Shown piece after piece: positions 53,641 to 64,000 of a stretch of 64,000 nucleotides of DNA. How positions within the stretch are numbered: the first letter of the stretch is position 1; each line of letters opens with the position of its first letter. The position numbers and the translations under genes are program-made. This DNA comes from Balanoglossus misakiensis (Eukaryota > Animalia > Hemichordata): positions 6,708,202 to 6,772,201 of the forward strand of contig CM082588.2 in NCBI GenBank assembly GCA_040954595.2, given 5' to 3'. The notes below the pieces were generated by a model, which saw only the letters and a list, made by a program, of their open reading frames with translations, was not told where the DNA came from and did no database searches.

Positions 53641-55131
53641 ACATGGTGTATATTTATATCATAGAACATTTGAACTTAAAAAACATCACAAACTACATTA
53701 TTATACATAATATTACAGCTTCTCCATTATACCCATATGATCAGTATTTTACCCCTCAAATGATTTTTATCGTATAATGCAATTCCAGTTTTACGCTACT
53801 TTATAGAGACGAGTTAAAAACGCGTCAATAAAGGCAGTACTTTTCAGATTTTAATTTACAGCTCATAATCATGCAGCACCATCTGAGATTGGGAATCAAG
53901 AATGTCAAATGAAATCAGACTACACCAATAGTTTGCAATCACATCATCAGTACATACTGTTGCCAATTTCAAATTATTTTAAAAATAAACAGAAATAGTT
54001 AATCATTCTCCCAAGTTTTTCAAGTCATGCAGAAACATGTACAAAGGATTTAGACACACTGTCTTTTTTTTTTTCAAATTGTTGTACGGCAGTTTAGTTT
54101 AGTTTGAAGTTTTTATCACCGCAATGGAAATGCATATATACAAAACCTTTCTGTTTTGACAGTATTTTTAATAGAAATCCTGTGATACACTGAAGTAGAT
54201 TTCTGCTCGGAAATAAAGTCCGTTTTTTACATACAAGGGACAACTAATGCCAATTCAGGTATAGATGCTGGGTTAAATTGTTGCAGGCTAAAAATAAACC
54301 AGTTCTTCAAATCAATACATTAACAATAATATGCAAATAATCTAATGAAGAAGTTACAAAGTGTTAATGCCAGTTCCCAGTGATGATTTTCGACCTACTG
54401 ATTATGCATGAAACTGCTATGCAAATCACTCATTAGCATAACACGCATATTTAATTACTCATTAGCATAACATGCATATTCAAATTGAGCACTTGAAAGT
54501 CAATTTTCAATGGAGACACACAGCTCAATGTGAACATTGTTCTCCATTAAATGACTGGCAGTTTGAAAGAAAAACTAGAACGGTGTGCAGCATAGAACTA
54601 GCTACCGAGAAGTAAGTACAACCTTCTATGAAAACAAGAGTTTGAAGAGCACTAAACAACAAACAATACGGTCACACATGCAGTGAAACAGCTGCTGAAT
54701 TATCTCAATATGAAGGAGTTTTTGTTCGGTGAGTTGCTTGTAATTTATTCTTCAAAACTTGGCATATCACAGACACGTATTACCTGCCAATGGTAGTAGT
54801 GTCGCCCAAGCCGTGACTTCGATAAAACTACAATAAAATGTCTGTAAACTTGTACCTGATAAATCTACTGATAAAAATTCCAAAGTCTTCGGATAACTCG
54901 GGAGGATTTAACATTCGCAAAATCTGCACATATTACATCGATTCTCTTTTATACATACATGTTTAATACTTCAAACTATCGTTATTAAATCAAGATGATT
55001 TTTTTTTCTCTCACATTTTTTATACAAATTTCAGCTGATAGTATACCCTTGGAAGTGGTTTCCCTGCCTCTTGATGGAATGCGATGGAAAACAGTCCAGA
55101 ACAGCACAAAAACATCCTCTTTTGCCAGGTA

Positions 55132-55289
55132 CAGTCAAACCTTAGTGGCCACCTCTATATAGTGGCCACTTTGTTACAGTCCCTGCACAATTTACATGTA
55201 CATTAATTGACCTGTCTATAAAGGCCACCTGTCTATACAGATCAGTTTAGGAAAGTCCCTTGACTGGCCACTATATACAGGTTTGACTG
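55132..55289. mobile_element. MITE family B, in the probable RSK 3' UTR
   Basis: TA|CAGTCAAACC...GGTTTGACTG|TA, highly similar to 8857-9020. Confidence 0.85.
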
Positions 55290-56612
55290 TATCTAAATCA
55301 AAGCCTTTTTAATTTCTACAACGAAAATAGAATACATCCAATCTCAGCTCCCTGACACAGACACTTTGTACACTATGGAAGACTTTAAAAAAAAAAGCCT
55401 GACTGCCTGTAACCCCTCGCTAAAAATGGTACTGCCCACTACGCTGTAAAGTAACAGCTCACTGTATTTAGTGCAAGGCTATGATTTTGATCTACGTGGT
55501 TTACAACCTATTGGTATGTCATGGTGTCTGCGAAAACAATAAACATGAACTGTGACGCAGAAATATTTCATAAGGCGAAAACCTTTCACAGTTAGACTCA
55601 ATTCTATATAGAATGCTATCTTACAAATTGGCGTATAAATCTGATTTTGTATTTTTTATGGCACTATCAAAGACCGGTCAGTCTTATATCTGAATTTACA
55701 AGACATGATAGGAGGGTTTGTGATCCGTGTATTTTGTTATAGCTCACGGCGTGTCGTTAAGATGCGATTTCTGTGTCTACATGTTCTGGACACGATAAGT
55801 CCAACAGATGATTCGTTCTGGACCAGTTCCGCACAAGTCACAAACTATGACACTCTGACTAACAGCCACAATCGTTGTACAAACAGTTTCATCATTCCAT
55901 CAACCGAATCGGTTATGTTTTCTCTCTTACTTCTACACTTTAGCTTGGATATTTTCACTTCCAATGGTGAATTCTTGCTATTCATGTGTTAAAATGTGGG
56001 GGAACAGCATGGAATTAAATGGGGTGACTCTTTGAAGACATGATTGCAATTTTGAGAAATTAATACAAATATCCTGATTTTTCACAGATATGTACCTTCA
56101 GTTGATAAAATCTCTGGTGTCTCACTTAACACTCTATCACTTCTATGTTTTTGGTTTGTTGCCCGATATTTCTTACGATTCTCATCTGAAATCATTCATT
56201 AATATTTCATTATATTACATCCTCAGGTTTAAAAGGTATGCATAGAATTGTGGCTTTGAATTCTACACAAAGATGTCAGAATAATTCTGTGTGAGCACTT
56301 CACATTTGATTCCTGTCAATTTTCCATTTATTTTCTGTTGAATATATTACCACACTCTGAGAACTACTTCCTGTCTGCAACTACAGCTGACACTATATCC
56401 CATAATACTGTCGCTATGCATTGTGGGAAGATCTAGTACAAATCTGCTTTCATATATATTACAATCGATCATTCCCATAAGGTGATTTGTAGCCTAACAG
56501 CTAACTTGCAATATGTTTGCAATGGTACCTACAATATGTTTTCCAGCAAAAGTTTTTTTTTCTCCAAAATAGTTTTAGTATTTATTCGGAAATTCTACTG
56601 CTGTAAAATCTT

Positions 56613-63649
<7,037 letters not shown>

Positions 63650-63765
63650 CTGAAAACAAAACAAAACAGAAGTCATTGTGTGTGAAAAGACAATGTTGAA
63701 ATTATAGTATTTCCTTGAAATATAGGCTGTGGTAAACCTGTACTACCTTTGACTGGTCCTTTATT

Positions 63766-64000
63766 TTAAAGGGACATTAGCTGTATCGTTTGGCTTTATT
63801 TTCAGTATTTTTGTTCTGTGTACCAATTGCAATTTCTTGTTCTACTCCAAACAGCATGCTTATATACCTACTACTCCGCTTGACAACATGGCCTGTATGT
63901 GTGTAACGGCCATGGTTATTGTTGACGAATAAATTCTAGTCCGGACTTGATTTCAAATTGTGCATAATCATGCTGACTATAGACATGTAGGTTTTGTTAA
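63766..64000. mobile_element. Kolobok-like MITE family D (runs off window)
   Basis: Starts TTAAAGGGACATTAGCTGTA; inverted homologue of 62533-62774. Confidence 0.75.

Noticed and set aside
54425-54482. 29-bp direct repeat (also a 25-bp duplication at 60893-60942) as CRISPR-like arrays
   Set aside because: Simple two-copy tandem duplications without spacers, in a eukaryotic context with no cas genes.

Overview
This is intron-rich animal genomic DNA. An invertebrate deuterostome such as a hemichordate is inferred from gene structure and repeat content, not proven. There is no prokaryotic content and no CRISPR array. From left to right the window holds: (1) the 5' end of a minus-strand LTR retrotransposon, with an LTR, a tRNA-Leu primer-binding site and a gag-like ORF running off the window; (2) three small two-TM membrane-protein genes, one PIRT/TMEM100-like and one with a spliced PPxY tail; (3) a 7-coding-exon Regnase/ZC3H12 gene (913 aa) that unusually also carries an N4BP1/KHNYN-type KH region; (4) about 19 kb with no recognisable gene, rich in kB/CRE motifs, MITEs and microsatellites; (5) a 9-coding-exon OATP/SLCO transporter gene (715 aa); and (6) the 3' 16 exons of an RSK (RPS6KA) gene. 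The best novel lead is a second promoter in Regnase intron 1. It has TATA, MEF2, AP-1, NF-kB and two CArG motifs, and drives an in-frame 9-codon alternative first exon. The predicted product is a stimulus-inducible, KH-truncated (Regnase-1-like) isoform from a gene whose upstream promoter gives a KH-containing (N4BP1/KHNYN-like) isoform. All exon models were derived by hand from GT-AG boundaries and phase, with no database searches.
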